Shown here one piece after another: positions 1 through 17,270 of a stretch of DNA of 64,000 bases. The stretch's first letter is position 1. Every line of letters begins with the position of its first letter. The notes beneath the pieces were generated by a model. That model had not been told where the DNA came from. It did not search any database and worked only from the letters and a program-made list of their open reading frames with translations. This DNA is from the human T2T-CHM13v2.0 reference genome, Homo sapiens, in NCBI RefSeq assembly GCF_009914755.1, contig NC_060935.1; one strand, written 5' to 3'. A program made the position numbers and the translations under genes.

Positions 1-342
1 CAAGAATGACCTATGGTTGTCCTCACTGCTACATTCCCACCAGCACCAAAACAGTCTACAAATGCGATGGCAACACCAGGAACAATTTTTACCCTATATG
101 GTCTAAAAATGAGAGGCATGAATAATCCACCCTTTGTTTAGCATATAATCAAGAAATAACCATAAAAATGGGCAAGCAGCAGCCCTCAAGGCTGCTCTGC
201 CTATGGAGTAGCCATTCTTTTATTCCTTTATTTCTTAATAAACTTGCTTTCATTTTACCTTATAGATTTGCCTCGAATTCTTTCTTGTGCAAGCTCCAAG
301 AACACTCTCTTGGGGTCTGGATTGGGACCTCTTTCTGGTAAC
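1..342 (+). mobile_element. MER41-family ERV1 LTR, 3' part (MER41B-like)
   Basis: aataatccaccc...ccataaaaatgggca...ggagtagccattcttttattcc...AATAAActtgctttca...ctctcttggggtctggattgggacc...ggtaaCA, matching the MER41 3' end as I recall it. Confidence 0.8.
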
Positions 343-1234
343 AAAATCGCCTTTGCAAAAATTATACTAGCGAAAAAATTATGACAATGGGGGAGATCTA
401 ATCTAGCCAACTCCCATCTTGCCTTTAATCTGCCCTTAATTATTCCTGGGCTTAAACTTTGGGAGACATTTAGTTTACAATTTAAATGACAATGGCCCTT
501 CCCCAAAACTCAACTGCCTTTGTAAAGCTAATGAGACACCACTAGGCTAGGAGGATAGAGGAGCCTGAACTGGCTAAGGTGTGCAAACTTGTCCAACGCG
601 TGGCCCACAACAGGACGGTTTTAAATGAGGCCCAATACAAATCTGTAAACTTTCTTAAAACATGAGAATTTTTGTGATTTTTAAAAGCACATCAGCTATC
701 ATTCATGTTAGTGTATTTTATGTGTGCCCCAAGGTAACTCCTCTTCTTCCAATGTGGCCCACAGAAGCCAAAAGATTGGACTCCCCTGGTAGAGGTAAAG
801 GATTGCCAGCCATTATTCAGAAGGTAACAAGACATGCAACTTCTCCAATTATTCCTGCAGATAACATCACTATTGTACAACCTAAGATTGGCCTTTTAAG
901 AGGTCTTTCCAGGTTTGTTGTATGTCTGATAACCAGTGGCTCCACGTGGACCTGCCAATCTGTGGCCCCACCCAGCAACGACCAAGTATGCAGGAAGACC
1001 ATTTCTCTTGCACCCCCAACCAATAAGCAGTAAGCACCCATTGCCTAGCCACCCAACTCCTTCCCCTAAACTGTGTTTGAAAAACCCTAGCCCCCAAATG
1101 CTAGAGGAGACTAATTTGAATAATAATTATGACTCTGGTCTTCCCTTTAGATGATTCTATCTTGGTAAAACTCTTCCACTATTGCAATTCAGCTGCTCTA
1201 CATGGGCAGGGGGCATTGATTGGGTAGTTCTACC
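343..1234 (+). mobile_element. LTR8-family ERV1 solo LTR, interrupted by MER30
   Basis: Begins aaatcgcctttgcaaaaattat...gagatctaatctagccaactcccatcttgcc and ends ...attgcaattc...gctctacatgggcagggg, similar to LTR8-type termini. Confidence 0.6.
584..788 (-). mobile_element. MER30 hAT-Charlie non-autonomous DNA transposon
   Basis: Reverse complement reads caggggagtccaatcttttggcttctgtgggccacattggaagaag...ttggacaagtttg, the MER30 pattern. Confidence 0.8.
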
Positions 1235-1388
1235 ATCATGATGGAGGTTATATCCTATGAGGCAGTCAAACAGGAAAACTAGTAAGAAAATATCAAGCAC
1301 TAAAAATAATATGCTGAAAATAAAAAAGAGTAATGTGATACAGAAAGTTTAAGTACTACTCTGGATCGGGTGCTTACTGACAGCCTCA

Positions 1389-2068
<680 letters not shown>

Positions 2069-2601
2069 AGACCAGTGTAAATTAACTAGACTAAGGAGGA
2101 AAGTGGCAAAAGATATGGTAAAATAGGTAACCAAAGGCCAAATTATGTAGGTTAGGGTAAGGAATTAAGATTCTATTTCAAATATGATGGGATATCACTA
2201 AAGGATTTTAAATAAGGGGAAAATAGTATGATCTGATTAATGCTTCATTTGAAATCATGGCTGCTATGTAGAAAATGGATTGCAGAGGAGCAAGAAGGGG
2301 AAACTAGGAAACCAACCTGAAGGCCAATGGTGGCATGCATTATGAGGGTAGTGGGGATCAGAGAGAAGTAAGCTGTGGTTTGGAGGTAGAATTATCAGGA
2401 CAGCTGATGGAACAGATGTGGAGGGTGAATGGAAAGAAAAATCAAGGGTGACCCCTGGATTTATCAAGGTTCCTTGGCTTGAACAAACAGGAAAAATGCT
2501 TTTAACTAAGGTATTAAAATTGGGAGAAGGAAGTTAATGAGAGATTTGTTTGTACATAAAGATGATGGTATGTATCAGACATCTAAGAAATGTGTTGCTG
2601 A

Positions 2602-2948
<347 letters not shown>

Positions 2949-3150
2949 AAGAAGAACTTAATAGCTGAGCTCTGGGAAGTGAAGAGCTGCATCTTACTCA
3001 TATTCATATCCCTTGACAAAGTTTGAGACAAAGAGCAAGTACAAAACAAACATGATGAGTATATGAAAGACATACAAAGGTATTGTTTTTATCTTAATTA
3101 AACAAAAATTATCTTAACAATAATTTCTTTAGGTAACATAACACATCCTA

Positions 3151-3481
<331 letters not shown>

Positions 3482-4485
3482 TTACTAGAATAATAACATT
3501 TTTTGCATATTTACTATGTGCCAAATACTATTTTAAGTACTTTAAAATATTAACTCAGTAAATTCTCATAACAACCTTTTCAGTAATTCCACAAACATTT
3601 ACTATGTGCCGACTATGTGGCCGGAACTAGACAAACGCTCGGATACCATGGTGAAGAAGACAACCTGTCATCATGGAGGTAGTAAAATGGGTAAACTAGT
3701 AAGAAAATATCAAGAGGTGAAAATGCTACACTGAAAATAAAATAATAACATGATAAAGAAAATTCTCTAACAACCCTTAGATTGAAAGTAATGTTAACCT
3801 CAGGAGGAAAGTACGGCAAAGTGGGTATGTGCTTTACTTAAAGAATGAGAGAAATAGCAATTGCAGTAATTATTCTGGAGGACTGAAACATTTATGGAAC
3901 AGAGCTATGAGACATATCCCGCTTTAAATATTGGAAGGGCAAAGATGGATTAAAAGACAGTCTCTGCTCCAAGAATTTCAGAATCCAGAGAGGAAGAGAC
4001 AATCGTAAACAAATAATTATCAGGGGAAAAGCAGTCAGTGAGTTATCTACAAAGTGAGTAACTGACACAGCTATGAAGTACTATGAAAACAGAGAGGAAA
4101 CACTAACTCAAGCCAAGGGGTGAAGGGAAACCAAGGAAACTTTTCTTCAGGTGGTGACATCTGTGCTAGGACCAGAAGGATGAATGAGGTTTTAGTGGAT
4201 AAGGAGGTAAAGCTCATTTGAGAAAGAAAAAAACTATGTTTTTTAAAGGAGAGATGTGAATGATTATGGCATGTTCTGTCAAGGTGGAGTTGAATACAGT
4301 TCTTTATGCTAGAGCCCTAGCATAAAGGCTAGCATAAAGCCCTGGCATAAAGGTTTTTGGGATTGGCAATGGACAGAGACAAGACCATGAAGGAAGACAG
4401 TGAGCAGGTCTGTGAAAGTGGGTCATGGCTAGTAAATATGGCGACCCAATGAGGCTCTGGAGGCACTAACAGCAAATAGTCTTGG

Positions 4486-5245
<760 letters not shown>

Positions 5246-5414
5246 AAGGTAGATTCAGATTGTACATGTATCTTAGGAAAGCAATAACAAGTCTACATGG
5301 TTTTACCACTCACAAAAGAACTTTCACATATTCCATTTTTAAGCGGATATCCAGTAAAACCACAAGACTTCTGAAAAAAGTCCAATTCATCTTTCTTTTA
5401 TATTATACATAAGA

Positions 5415-6240
5415 TTTCTGTTCAATGCAAAATCCATCCATCTGTTGATGAACACAGGTTGTTTCTACCTTTTGGCTACAGTGAATAATGCTGCAATAAA
5501 CACTGGCATACAAAGATCTGCTTGAGTCCCTGCTCTGGAGTAATTATATATGTAGAAGTGGAATTGCTAGGTCATATGGCAATTCTGATGAGCTTTATGA
5601 GGAACTGCCAAACTCCCTTCCATAGCAGCTGTACCATATTACACTCTCACGAAGAATTTAGGAGAGTTCCAATTTCTCCACAAATTCACCACACTTACTT
5701 TCCTTTTTAAAAAAAATAGCCATCCTGTTAGGTATAAAGTGGTATTTTACGGTTTTGAATCACATTTCCCCAAGGACAAATGATGATGAACTTCTTCTCA
5801 TATGCTTTTTGATCTTTGTGTATCTTCTTTGAAGAAATGTCTATTAAAAATTTTGCCATTTGGGTTGTCTTTATGTTGTTGAGTTTTAGGAGCTCCTTAT
5901 ATGTATTCCAAATATTAAATGCTTATCAGTTATATGATTTGCAATACGTGCAATTTGCAATATAACTTCTTCCATTCTGTAGGCTGTCTTTTCACTTTCT
6001 TCATAATGTCCTTTGATGTACAAATGTTTTAAAATTTGACAAAGTCTAACTAATCTATTTTTTATGTTGTTGCTCAGTCTTCTGGTTTTCTATCTAAGAA
6101 TCCATTGCCAGATCCAAGGTCATGAAGATTTCCCTTTATTTTTTTCTAAGAGTTTCATGATTTAGCCCTTATATTTAGGTTGTTGATCTATTTTCAGTGA
6201 ATTTTTCTATATGATATGAAACAGTGTATCCACTGTATTT
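5415..6240 (-). mobile_element. Old L1M (L1MB/MC-like) 3' fragment
   Basis: Antisense L1 motifs catctgttgatgaacac, aattgctaggtcatatgg, gaagaaatgtctatt, aatccattgccagatccaaggtcatgaag. Confidence 0.8.
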
Positions 6241-6252
6241 TGCAAGCTGTCA

Positions 6253-6790
<538 letters not shown>

Positions 6791-7029
6791 TCCTTTGCAA
6801 TATATAAAGCATTAAGCATTCATGCTCTATCAGACAAGCCTGTGTTCAATCCTTGCTTCACCATCTGGTGTCTATGTGACTTTGGGAGTAATTCACCATT
6901 CTATGATCCAGGTTGTGGTGAGAATTAAATGGTGATGCATGGTTAAAAAAAAAAAAAAAAAAGCATAGCACTGAGTTTATAATAAGCTGTCAAATGTTAT
7001 CTATTATCATTATTATTAAAAAGTTATAA

Positions 7030-7670
7030 AGAAACTGGAAACCTCATAAATTGCTATGAATACAACATAAATTGCTATGGTACAGCCGCTATGGAAAACA
7101 GTTTGGCAGGTCCTTAAAAAGTTAAACACAGAATTACCATATGACCTAACAATTCTACTCCTAGTTATATACAGGAGAGAAGTGAAAATACGTGTTCACA
7201 GAAAAACTTGTACACAAATGTCCATAGCAGCATTATTCCTAATAGACAACAAAGTGGGAAACAAGCAAATGTCCATCAACTGATGATGGATACATAAAAG
7301 ATGCTATTATCCATATAATGGATGAGTATTTGGCAATAAAAAGGAATGAGATGATACATGATACAATGTACATAAACCTGGAAATCATTATACTAATACT
7401 AAGTGAAAGAAAATACAAAAGACCACATATTTTATGATTCCATTTATAAGAAATGTCCAGAGTAGGCAAATCCATACAGATGGATACAGGGGAAAAGGTG
7501 GGTGTGATTGATACTGATTGATAACAGATACAAGGCTTCTTACTGAGATGTTAGAAAAGTTCTGGAATTAGTGGTTATGTTTGCACAACATAGTGAATAC
7601 ACTAAAAACCAATGAACTGTACACTTCAAAATGGTGAATTTTATCTTATGTGAATTATATCTCAATAAAA
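7030..7670 (+). mobile_element. L1MB-type 3' end
   Basis: gctatggaaaacagtttggcag...aaatgtccatcaactgatg...aaaatggtgaattttat...tatctcAATAAA. Confidence 0.85.
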
Positions 7671-7959
7671 AACACAAAATACTAACAATGCATATAAAAA
7701 TTAAGAGTGTTAATCTTAATTTACTTTTGAGAAATACAACAGTAAAGGAACATCTAGTTCTTGTCAAAATACAACCTAATTATCAAATGACAAAAGGTGA
7801 CCTTTATGATTTGTTAACAGATGACAATGGGCCTTTCTGAAATTGCTGTTTAGATCAAGGCCATCTATTGCCAAATTTATTCATTTTCAAGGGATTTCTA
7901 AACCTAATACTAGGTACTTTACTTTCAGGGTACATATGAATACGATCATCTCCTGTTGA

Positions 7960-8346
<387 letters not shown>

Positions 8347-8917
8347 TTAATGACATCATCTTTCAAGTACTGAGCCCCCCAAAATACTTTCTGCTTATTC
8401 TAAGATTCGTATTTGCTTTCATTTTTTAACATTTCTTTGAAACACTTACTACATTCAATGTTACAGTATTTCTTTTTTTTTTTAAACTCCTATTTACTTA
8501 GAAATTATTCTGAGGCTAAAAGAAATCAAGTGCGATTTCTTTTAAGGGATAATTTATTAATAATTGGTTATCCCACTAGTTTTAAAGGTCTTCACATGGC
8601 TGTCTTCAGGAAAGAGGCAGGGCAGTAGAAGTAGAGGTGCAGGTACTAAATTTGTGAAGGCATGTGAAGGCAAATTGTTATTTAGCATAGTGGTATTCAT
8701 TATCCATGGTCAAGGTGTCTGAAATTGCTCATTAATCAATCATTAACAACCACAGAAAATAGGGGAATTTCATGGAAGCGTAAAGGTTCACTGGCAGAGA
8801 AATTTCTTTATGACTTGCCAAGTAAAAGGAATGTGAAGAATAAGGCCAAGGCCCATCCAACAAAGCAAGAGTTAACAGGTCCTAGCAGAACTGCTAGTTT
8901 AAATTTCCATTCGGTGA

Positions 8918-9102
8918 TTTTTTTTTTTTTTTTTTTTTGAGACAGGGTCTCACTCTGTCGCCCAGGCTGGAGTGCAGTGGCACGATCTTGGCTCACTGCA
9001 GCCTCAACCTCCTCAGCTAGCTGAAGCAATACTTTCACCTCAGCCTCTTGCATAGCTGGTACTACAGGCATGCACCACCACACCCAGCTATTTTTTGTAT
9101 TA

Positions 9103-9134
<32 letters not shown>

Positions 9135-9257
9135 TTTTTGTAGAGATGGGATTTTGCCATGTTGCCCAGGCTGGTCTCGAACTCCTGAGCTCAAGCAATC
9201 TACCTGCCTCAGCCTCCCAAAGTGCTAGGATTACACATGTGAGCCACTGTGCCTAGC
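8918..9257 (-). mobile_element. AluJ-type SINE
   Basis: Poly-T, both Alu arms, expanded middle T tract. Confidence 0.9.
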
Positions 9258-10141
9258 TGGGTTTCCTTATTTTTAGAAGGGTAATTCCGCTGTCAAAGTA
9301 AAAAGTCATCCGCCTAGATTTTTGAGGTCCTGTCTACTACGGATGAATGTACGTTAGCAAATGCAAGATACAGCACAATAACAAATGAATGCCCTTGGTT
9401 AAGCTCAGTTCCTAGACACCTCTCTCTCTTTCTCTCTCACTATCAATTATCAATAGTTGTTGATTTTACCTTCCAAATAGCTCTTACATCCACCCCCTCC
9501 TTTCCATCCCTAGTGCCAAAACCTTAATTCAGGTCTCCTTATTGCTCAGTTGGATTATCACAGTAACCTCCTGAACACATGACTGTTAGGCCTCCACTCA
9601 CTGTCATTTTCTCAAGGTACTTTCTATTACAGTAGGGCTAAGCTACTGGTTATTTCCTAACAAAATTTCTGCTCATTCTATAGGTCTTAGTTCAGCTGTC
9701 TTAGGGAATTACTAACAATAGATGACAAATAGATGCCAATGCTGACTGATTTGTGTAATAATGTAGTCTGCTAAGTCTAGGCTTAGCAGGAAGGCTTAGG
9801 TTGGTAATGTCTGCTATGAGCAAAGCAACAAGGCCTAGCAGATGCCAGATACTTGCTCTGGATTTAAACAGAATTTTATATTAATTATATTCCATTTACT
9901 TCAAAAGGAAAAGAAACAGCTTTCAGTAATACATATGTACAATGATGCCACAAGGAGAAAGACGAGAGCACTGTAAGAGCCATGTAACAGGGAAGGTAAA
10001 AATTCCATCAGAAAACTAGCTAATGATTATAACTAATAAATAAATATAACAAAGTTAAGCTTACTGGCAGTCAAGGGAAAGAAAACTAAAATTGTCTCAG
10101 TGATTAATTGATCCATCTAATACTGATGCATAAAAGATTAA

Positions 10142-10447
<306 letters not shown>

Positions 10448-10936
10448 GATTAAAAGAAGCCTTCAAGAAACTTACAATATACACAAAAGACAAATGTGAG
10501 GAACATTTCATCAGTGATATTTTAAAGTACTGGATTCACCAAGTCCTGGATTTGAATGCTGGCTCTGTCGTTTTTAGCAATGTGAGACCAGACAAGTTAC
10601 TCTATTTAGTTTCTCAAAATCAATTTCCTTGTGAGTAAAATGAGGATAATCAGTATTTTAAAGTTGAGATAATGCAAAGGAAGCACTAAACAGCGCCTGG
10701 TACATAATGAACATTCAATATAAAACCATATGACAGTTTCTAAAATAGGGTTAAACATAAATCCATGAAGGAACATCTTCCTGAGAGAAGGACTCAAGGA
10801 GACAGTACTACTTGAGCTGAGACCTAAAGGACAAATAAGTTGGCTAGGAAAACAAACTGGTGGGAAGGTACTCCAGGCAGAAGATACCATATATGCAAAA
10901 ATTCTGAGGAACGAAAAAGATGGCATGTTTCTGTAT

Positions 10937-11291
10937 CAGTGGTCCTCAACCTTTCTGGCATCAGGGACCAGTTTTGCGGAAGATAATTTGTCCACAGACT
11001 GGGGGTGGTGGGTGGGAGGGAGATGGTTTGGGGATGATTCAAATGCATTACATTTGAATCAACTAGATGGCCCCATCTGGAAGTGATGGGAGATAGTGAC
11101 GGATCATCAGTCAGTAGATTCTCATAAGGAGTGCACAACCTAGATCCTTCGCATGTGCAGTTCACGATAGGGTTTGCACTCCTATGAGAATCTATGCCGC
11201 AGCTGATCTCAGAGGAAGCAGAGCTCACATGGTAAGGAGAGGAATGGGGATGACCACTATTGGTCTGTGGCCCAGGGGTTGGGGACCTCTG
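10937..11291 (+). mobile_element. MER1B hAT-Charlie DNA transposon
   Basis: Terminal inverted repeats cagtggtcctcaacc ... ggttggggacctctg; 8-bp TSD ttctgtat / ttctatat. Confidence 0.85.
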
Positions 11292-11687
11292 TTCTATATA
11301 ACAGAGTCTAGGGGAACCACTAAATAAGTCTATGCATACTATGTGAACTAAAGTAAAAATGACAACATCCCTGAGCCTTATTAGTTTCTTACTTGATGTG
11401 ATCAGGGTGATTTTAAGAATTAAATGAGAAAAGACATGAAAAGTCCTGAGCACAGTGTTAGGCACAAAAGAGATATAACACTTCTGAAATCTAACTTCAG
11501 GACTCAAGACTGCTACTAAGTAGTAGCAAAAGAAGAGAATCACATACTTGCAGTCATGTGGATTTTGGAGCCATAGTCTTACTTTTAGTAAACTAATTAA
11601 AAATTATGTGTATTATAAAACATAATATCAATTTATGCTAGAGTAATATTTCAGTAATAGAGCAGGAAATTTACAAATACTAGTTAC

Positions 11688-11779
11688 CTTGATCAAATAT
11701 TTTTCCCATCTGTCTGCAGTAACAGATTTGCCAATTTTCCTCATCAGCTTCAAATGGAGCTCCACCAATTCTTTTGGTA
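11688..11779 (-). CDS. RSF1: RSF1 coding exon 2 (92 nt, phase 1 to phase 0)
   Basis: Minus strand reads tttctttcttttaag|TA CCA AAA GAA TTG GTG GAG CTC CAT TTG AAG CTG ATG AGG AAA ATT GGC AAA TCT GTT ACT GCA GAC AGA TGG GAA AAA TAT TTG ATC AAG|gtaact. It has a polypyrimidine tract, AG acceptor and GT donor. The peptide (V)PKELVELHLKLMRKIGKSVTADRWEKYLIK matches my recollection of the RSF1 N-terminal region. Confidence 0.96.
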
Positions 11780-12024
11780 CTTAAAAGAAAGAAAAAAAAT
11801 ATCATTAGCCAACAAAATAAAACAATTCTAAACATTTAAGATAATAAAAAAATAATCTTCTCCAACCCTGGATACCTTCTCAAAACAGACAGTGTTGATA
11901 CTAGCTAACTTTTAGACCTCTGAATCAAAAAAGCCTAAACTACAGCAAGAAATGACCAAAAACCACTTTCTCAAAGACAAGCAAGAATATTCACATTTTC
12001 TTTCAAAACACCATCAAATAAAAG

Positions 12025-12235
12025 TAAAACCTAATATAAAGTATGAACTTTGGTGATAATTATATGTCAATGTAGGTTCATCAATTATAAGAAATGTACC
12101 ATTATTGTGGGAGCCAACAGTAGAGAAGTTGTATGAGTATGGGGACAGGGATACATGGGAACTCTCCGTACTTGCTGCTTAATTTTTCTGTGAACCTAAA
12201 ATTGCTCTTAAAAAAATAGTTTGTTAAAAAAAAAA
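12025..12235 (+). mobile_element. Short 5'-truncated L1MC-type 3' end
   Basis: gtcaatgtaggttcatcaatt...gaacctaaaattgctct plus A tail; TSD accatcaaataaaag / accatcaagtaaaag. Confidence 0.75.
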
Positions 12236-12419
12236 ACCATCAAGTAAAAGCACTTAACTATACAACTAAAGTTTGTATTGTTTATCTGCAATAACAAATA
12301 TTTGGTTCCTTTACTGAGATTTCAAAGACATACATTCATAGAATTAGAAAGGAACCAAGAAGTATGAATTCCAAGTTGACAGATACGACAGAAATTAAAC
12401 TAACAGTTTCCAAACTGTT

Positions 12420-12760
12420 TTGGAAAACTCTTCCAATCTATCCCTTGTCTGATGTGTTAAACTTCTCTGTAGCATTTCTATGAATCTTTGCTTGACAAGC
12501 TTCATGGACAAAAAAATTACTTACCTTCCATAGCACTTAGTTCTGTTTTCTGGATAGTTCTAATTACTAGAAAGTTACCCTTACTCTCAGTCAAAATCTG
12601 CCCTCTGACAACTTCCTCTCCTGATTCTGGCTCTTATTCTCTAGTTTCAATGACAGTACTTTTAATCCCTCTTCTGTTGGAACCTTCAAATATTTGAGGA
12701 CTGCCGTATCTTCCCTCAGATTCTCTGCTTTGACTGTAAACAATCAGAGTTCCTCTAACT
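12420..12760. mobile_element. Ancient CR1/L3-like LINE relic
   Basis: gtcaaaatctgccctctgacaacttcc...aatccctcttct...ccttcaaatatttgaggac resembles L3/CR1 consensus. Confidence 0.5.
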
Positions 12761-12837
12761 ATTATTTAGGCATGGTCTGATTGTATTTAATTACATTAAT
12801 TAGACCAGAGGGACACATACGGCTGTCAAAATAAGCA

Positions 12838-13156
<319 letters not shown>

Positions 13157-15101
13157 TAACCTAAGAGAAATTACAGTATACTACCTAAAAAGATCCCATA
13201 CTCAAATATATTGGCAAAATGCTGGATCAAAAAAAAAAAAGTTGTTTTTTTATCTTTAAACCACAGGACCATTGTCTTATCATTCGCCCTTATGTGCATT
13301 GTGAATATCCAAAATAGGTACATAATCTGCAGCGTTCTCTAACATATTTGATCCACTATCTTGTAGGATACAAACACTCTGAGGGACAGGTTGGGAAATG
13401 ATGACCTAATATTTTTCAGTCATTCTTTCATTCTCTACTAAAGCTCCTTCTGAATTTGAAACAACACTTTGAAATATAAAAACATTCACCCATTCAACTA
13501 CTTTCAGTGGGTCAAATACTAGTAAGAAAGAAACAGTCCTTCTGTCTTTAATGAGCCTACTTGAGTGAATCTTCATAGCAGGTAGAGTGGTGGGTTGGGG
13601 GTGGGAGTGGGGAACAGTGTTCAAAGACAAGTAAATAGACAAATCTACTAAGATGTGAATTATGGGGGGTTAAGGGTGGAATGGAGAAAAGGAGGGAAAG
13701 GGCATTGCTTGCACAAAAACAACAGATGCAAATAGCTAAAAAACCAAAAAGAACATGGAACTGGAGGAATGGACATAGATAATTACAGCCTAATGAGGCC
13801 AGGCTCAGAAGTTTAGATTTTATGTAAAAGTTTAAGCAGGAGAGTCTGTTGCATTTTAGAAGACCTTAATGATTGAATTGGAGGAAGACAGATTTTTAAA
13901 TATTAACAAAAGAAGTTTTTATTTGCTTTTTTGTTTTAGGAGGTGGGGTGCAGGGCCGAAGCTAGATATAAATTCAGGAAAACCTCAATCCAGAAGATAG
14001 AAGTAGCCTAAACTAAGGTAGAGGTGGTACAGAGAGAAGTGGACAGATCTGAGAAATGTTTAGGAGACAAAATTATCAAAACTTAGTGATTTACTGGTTG
14101 TGCAGTGATAAAAGATCTGGGCTGGATTCTCAGCTGCCCCACCTATATAAGGGGACAATGGTTCTGGTCAAGTCCTTTAAACAATGAAGCTCAATTTCTC
14201 CATTAAAAAAGGCTGTGTTGGCTATCTCATGGAATTTTGAAACTGTATAGCGTTGTATAAATATAAAATACTTTTATTTCTCTTCTGTTTTAAAACCAAG
14301 GTCACTTTCTTCAATTTCTCCTTTTCCACAAACACAGAAGTATTGATGTTCCCCCTTCCCACATCTTAAACCTGCCTCCTATTTCCTCCTTTCCCTAGGA
14401 CATGACTATACCTTCTCGCATCAGAAAAACAGCTATGGATAGTCTCCTGCAATCAAACCAATCTTCCAAAAAGACTGCTTTCATATCACTTCCCAGTTGG
14501 TAAGTATTTTTTATGGCTCCTAAATACCTACATAAACCCAGCCAGATTTCTTACCCTAGCCTCAGAGTCCCAACATTCAGTCTCATACTAACTCTGCAAT
14601 TCTTCTCTCTTACTTCCTGCACTGAAATCCTTGATTCGAATCATTTTGCCAGTTAATGGTCCACTAAGCATGCTCAGCCCATTACCTATGTGGGCTTTAT
14701 TAAAGAGTTATTTATTGTTTTCTGCCCACTTGAATCATATTTATCTTTCAATGTCTAGGCAATACAAGTCCCGAAAGTCTCCGTGATAGATTTCTAGTAC
14801 CAGCAACCTTTTTGTCCCTGGAACACCCACTGTATTCATACTGTCTGTATCACTCATTAAGCAGTTGGCTAAAACCTTTGCACCAGTGTTTTACTCATGT
14901 TCCCCACCAGTGTTCTATGCTACACAGAATCATGAAAGATTTTGATACAACTGGTACTATTTTTTAAAAGCCAATACAAGACAAAAATAAAAGTGAATAA
15001 ATGTTTTCATCCCACTTTACAAATCTACTCATTGTTGATTTAGGCATGTACAAATAGATTATGTATTACTTGATTTAAAAGAGTACTGGCTCTTCTACAG
15101 T

Positions 15102-15725
<624 letters not shown>

Positions 15726-15926
15726 CATAGTGTAGACCCAGCATGCTTAAAATTAAAATTTATAACCCAACTGAATTAATATTTTGTTACAAATAGAACT
15801 GACAAGCTGATAATCTTTAAGTGCACTAGTATAATCTGTCAACTGATAAGAAACAGGCTACAGGAAAATTAATCAACATTATAGTTTATTAAACATTAAA
15901 ATCACCATACTTTTTATTCTTTAAAA

Positions 15927-16357
15927 CGGCACTGTCTATTAAATAGATTGCTCCAGGATGATCGAAATGTTCTATATCTACACTTTTCAGTGCAGTAGCC
16001 ATTAGCCACATGTGTCTACTGAGAAGCTGAAATGTGGCTAATGAAACTAAGGAACTCAATTCTTAATTTTATTTATTTTTAAATTATCTTAAATTTTAAT
16101 AAACACGTAGTAAGTTGCTATGGCTTTGGACAGCTGTAAAGTATCAATCATATATATATTTTTTTGAGATGGAGTCTCGCTCTGTCGCCCAGGCTGGAGT
16201 GCAGTGGCGCAATCTCAGCTCACTAGAACCTCCACCTCCTGGGTTCAAATGATTCTCCTGCCTCAGCCTCCCAAGTAGCTGGGACTACAGGCACGTGCCA
16301 CCACACCTCGGCCTCCCAAAATACTGGGATTACAGGTGTGAGCCACCGTGCCCAGCC
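15927..16357. mobile_element. MER3-like DNA transposon (15927-16135) followed by an internally deleted antisense Alu (16158-16357)
   Basis: gtagccattagccacatgtgtctactgag...ttggacagc; the Alu jumps ccaccacacc|tcggcctccc. Confidence 0.7.
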
Positions 16358-17270
16358 ATCAATCATATTTTTTAAATACATGATCATTTTCTAAAACACT
16401 GACAAGCTCTAAATTTATTTATCACCTGCAAGATTTCTAAAACAGTTTCATTTCCAGAAGATAATTAACTTCTTTCTAAAGATTTACTGATTAGCCACTT
16501 CAAGTCAATCCAAAAAATAGTTTTTGTCCTAATTGAACTGAAATATCCTCTACCTTTTCACATGATAAATTTCATAAACAAACCCCCTTCTTTCACAGGG
16601 CCTCAGGAGGTGAAAGACTCTGAAGGAGAAAGAAACAGTCAGGGGCTATGTGAATTCATGAAGGGCTGCCAACATGATGTAGGTATGAAGTAGCAGAAAA
16701 GTGGTGGAATCCCAGACTACATTACTGATCCAATTACTCAAAGATGTTTTATATTTTGACATTTTTCTAAGCATCTTTCTAGCACCATGTCTTAAAAATG
16801 TCACTGCTCCTGCAATTCTATTGTGTTACTTATAATTTTACTTTTTTGAATGGTAGAAATGTACAGCACCTCATAACGGCTAAACACATTAATTCTTATT
16901 CTTCAATAAAGTCTTCTACTTAAATTTAGTTTAAGCTTATAAGCAGAGATACAGTTATGGAAACAGTTGACACTTTATCTAGGCCATTGATAAAAGAACA
17001 TTTATTTCAGACACAGTGATTCAAAGACAAGCTTACAATAAGCTTTTAGTTACTGCCCAGTTTTTAGAAACTCTCTTGGGGGAGCAGTTTTAGCATAATG
17101 AGACTGATCCCACAGGCCACTTCATCCTTGAAATCACTGTCATGTATTCATATACCTTATCTTTAAAGAGTTCATTTAATCAATCATCCTAGTTTTCTGA
17201 AAAGCAAAGAAACAGCTCAAGACTATGAACTGTAACTTAGACGATCATCTAAAAAGGTATAGTACAGAGA

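Noticed and set aside
10824-11543. Longest track ORF (239 aa, minus strand)
   Set aside because: It runs across MIR-like sequence, MER1B and L2-like sequence, has no recognisable domain and does not start at an ATG; a chance ORF.
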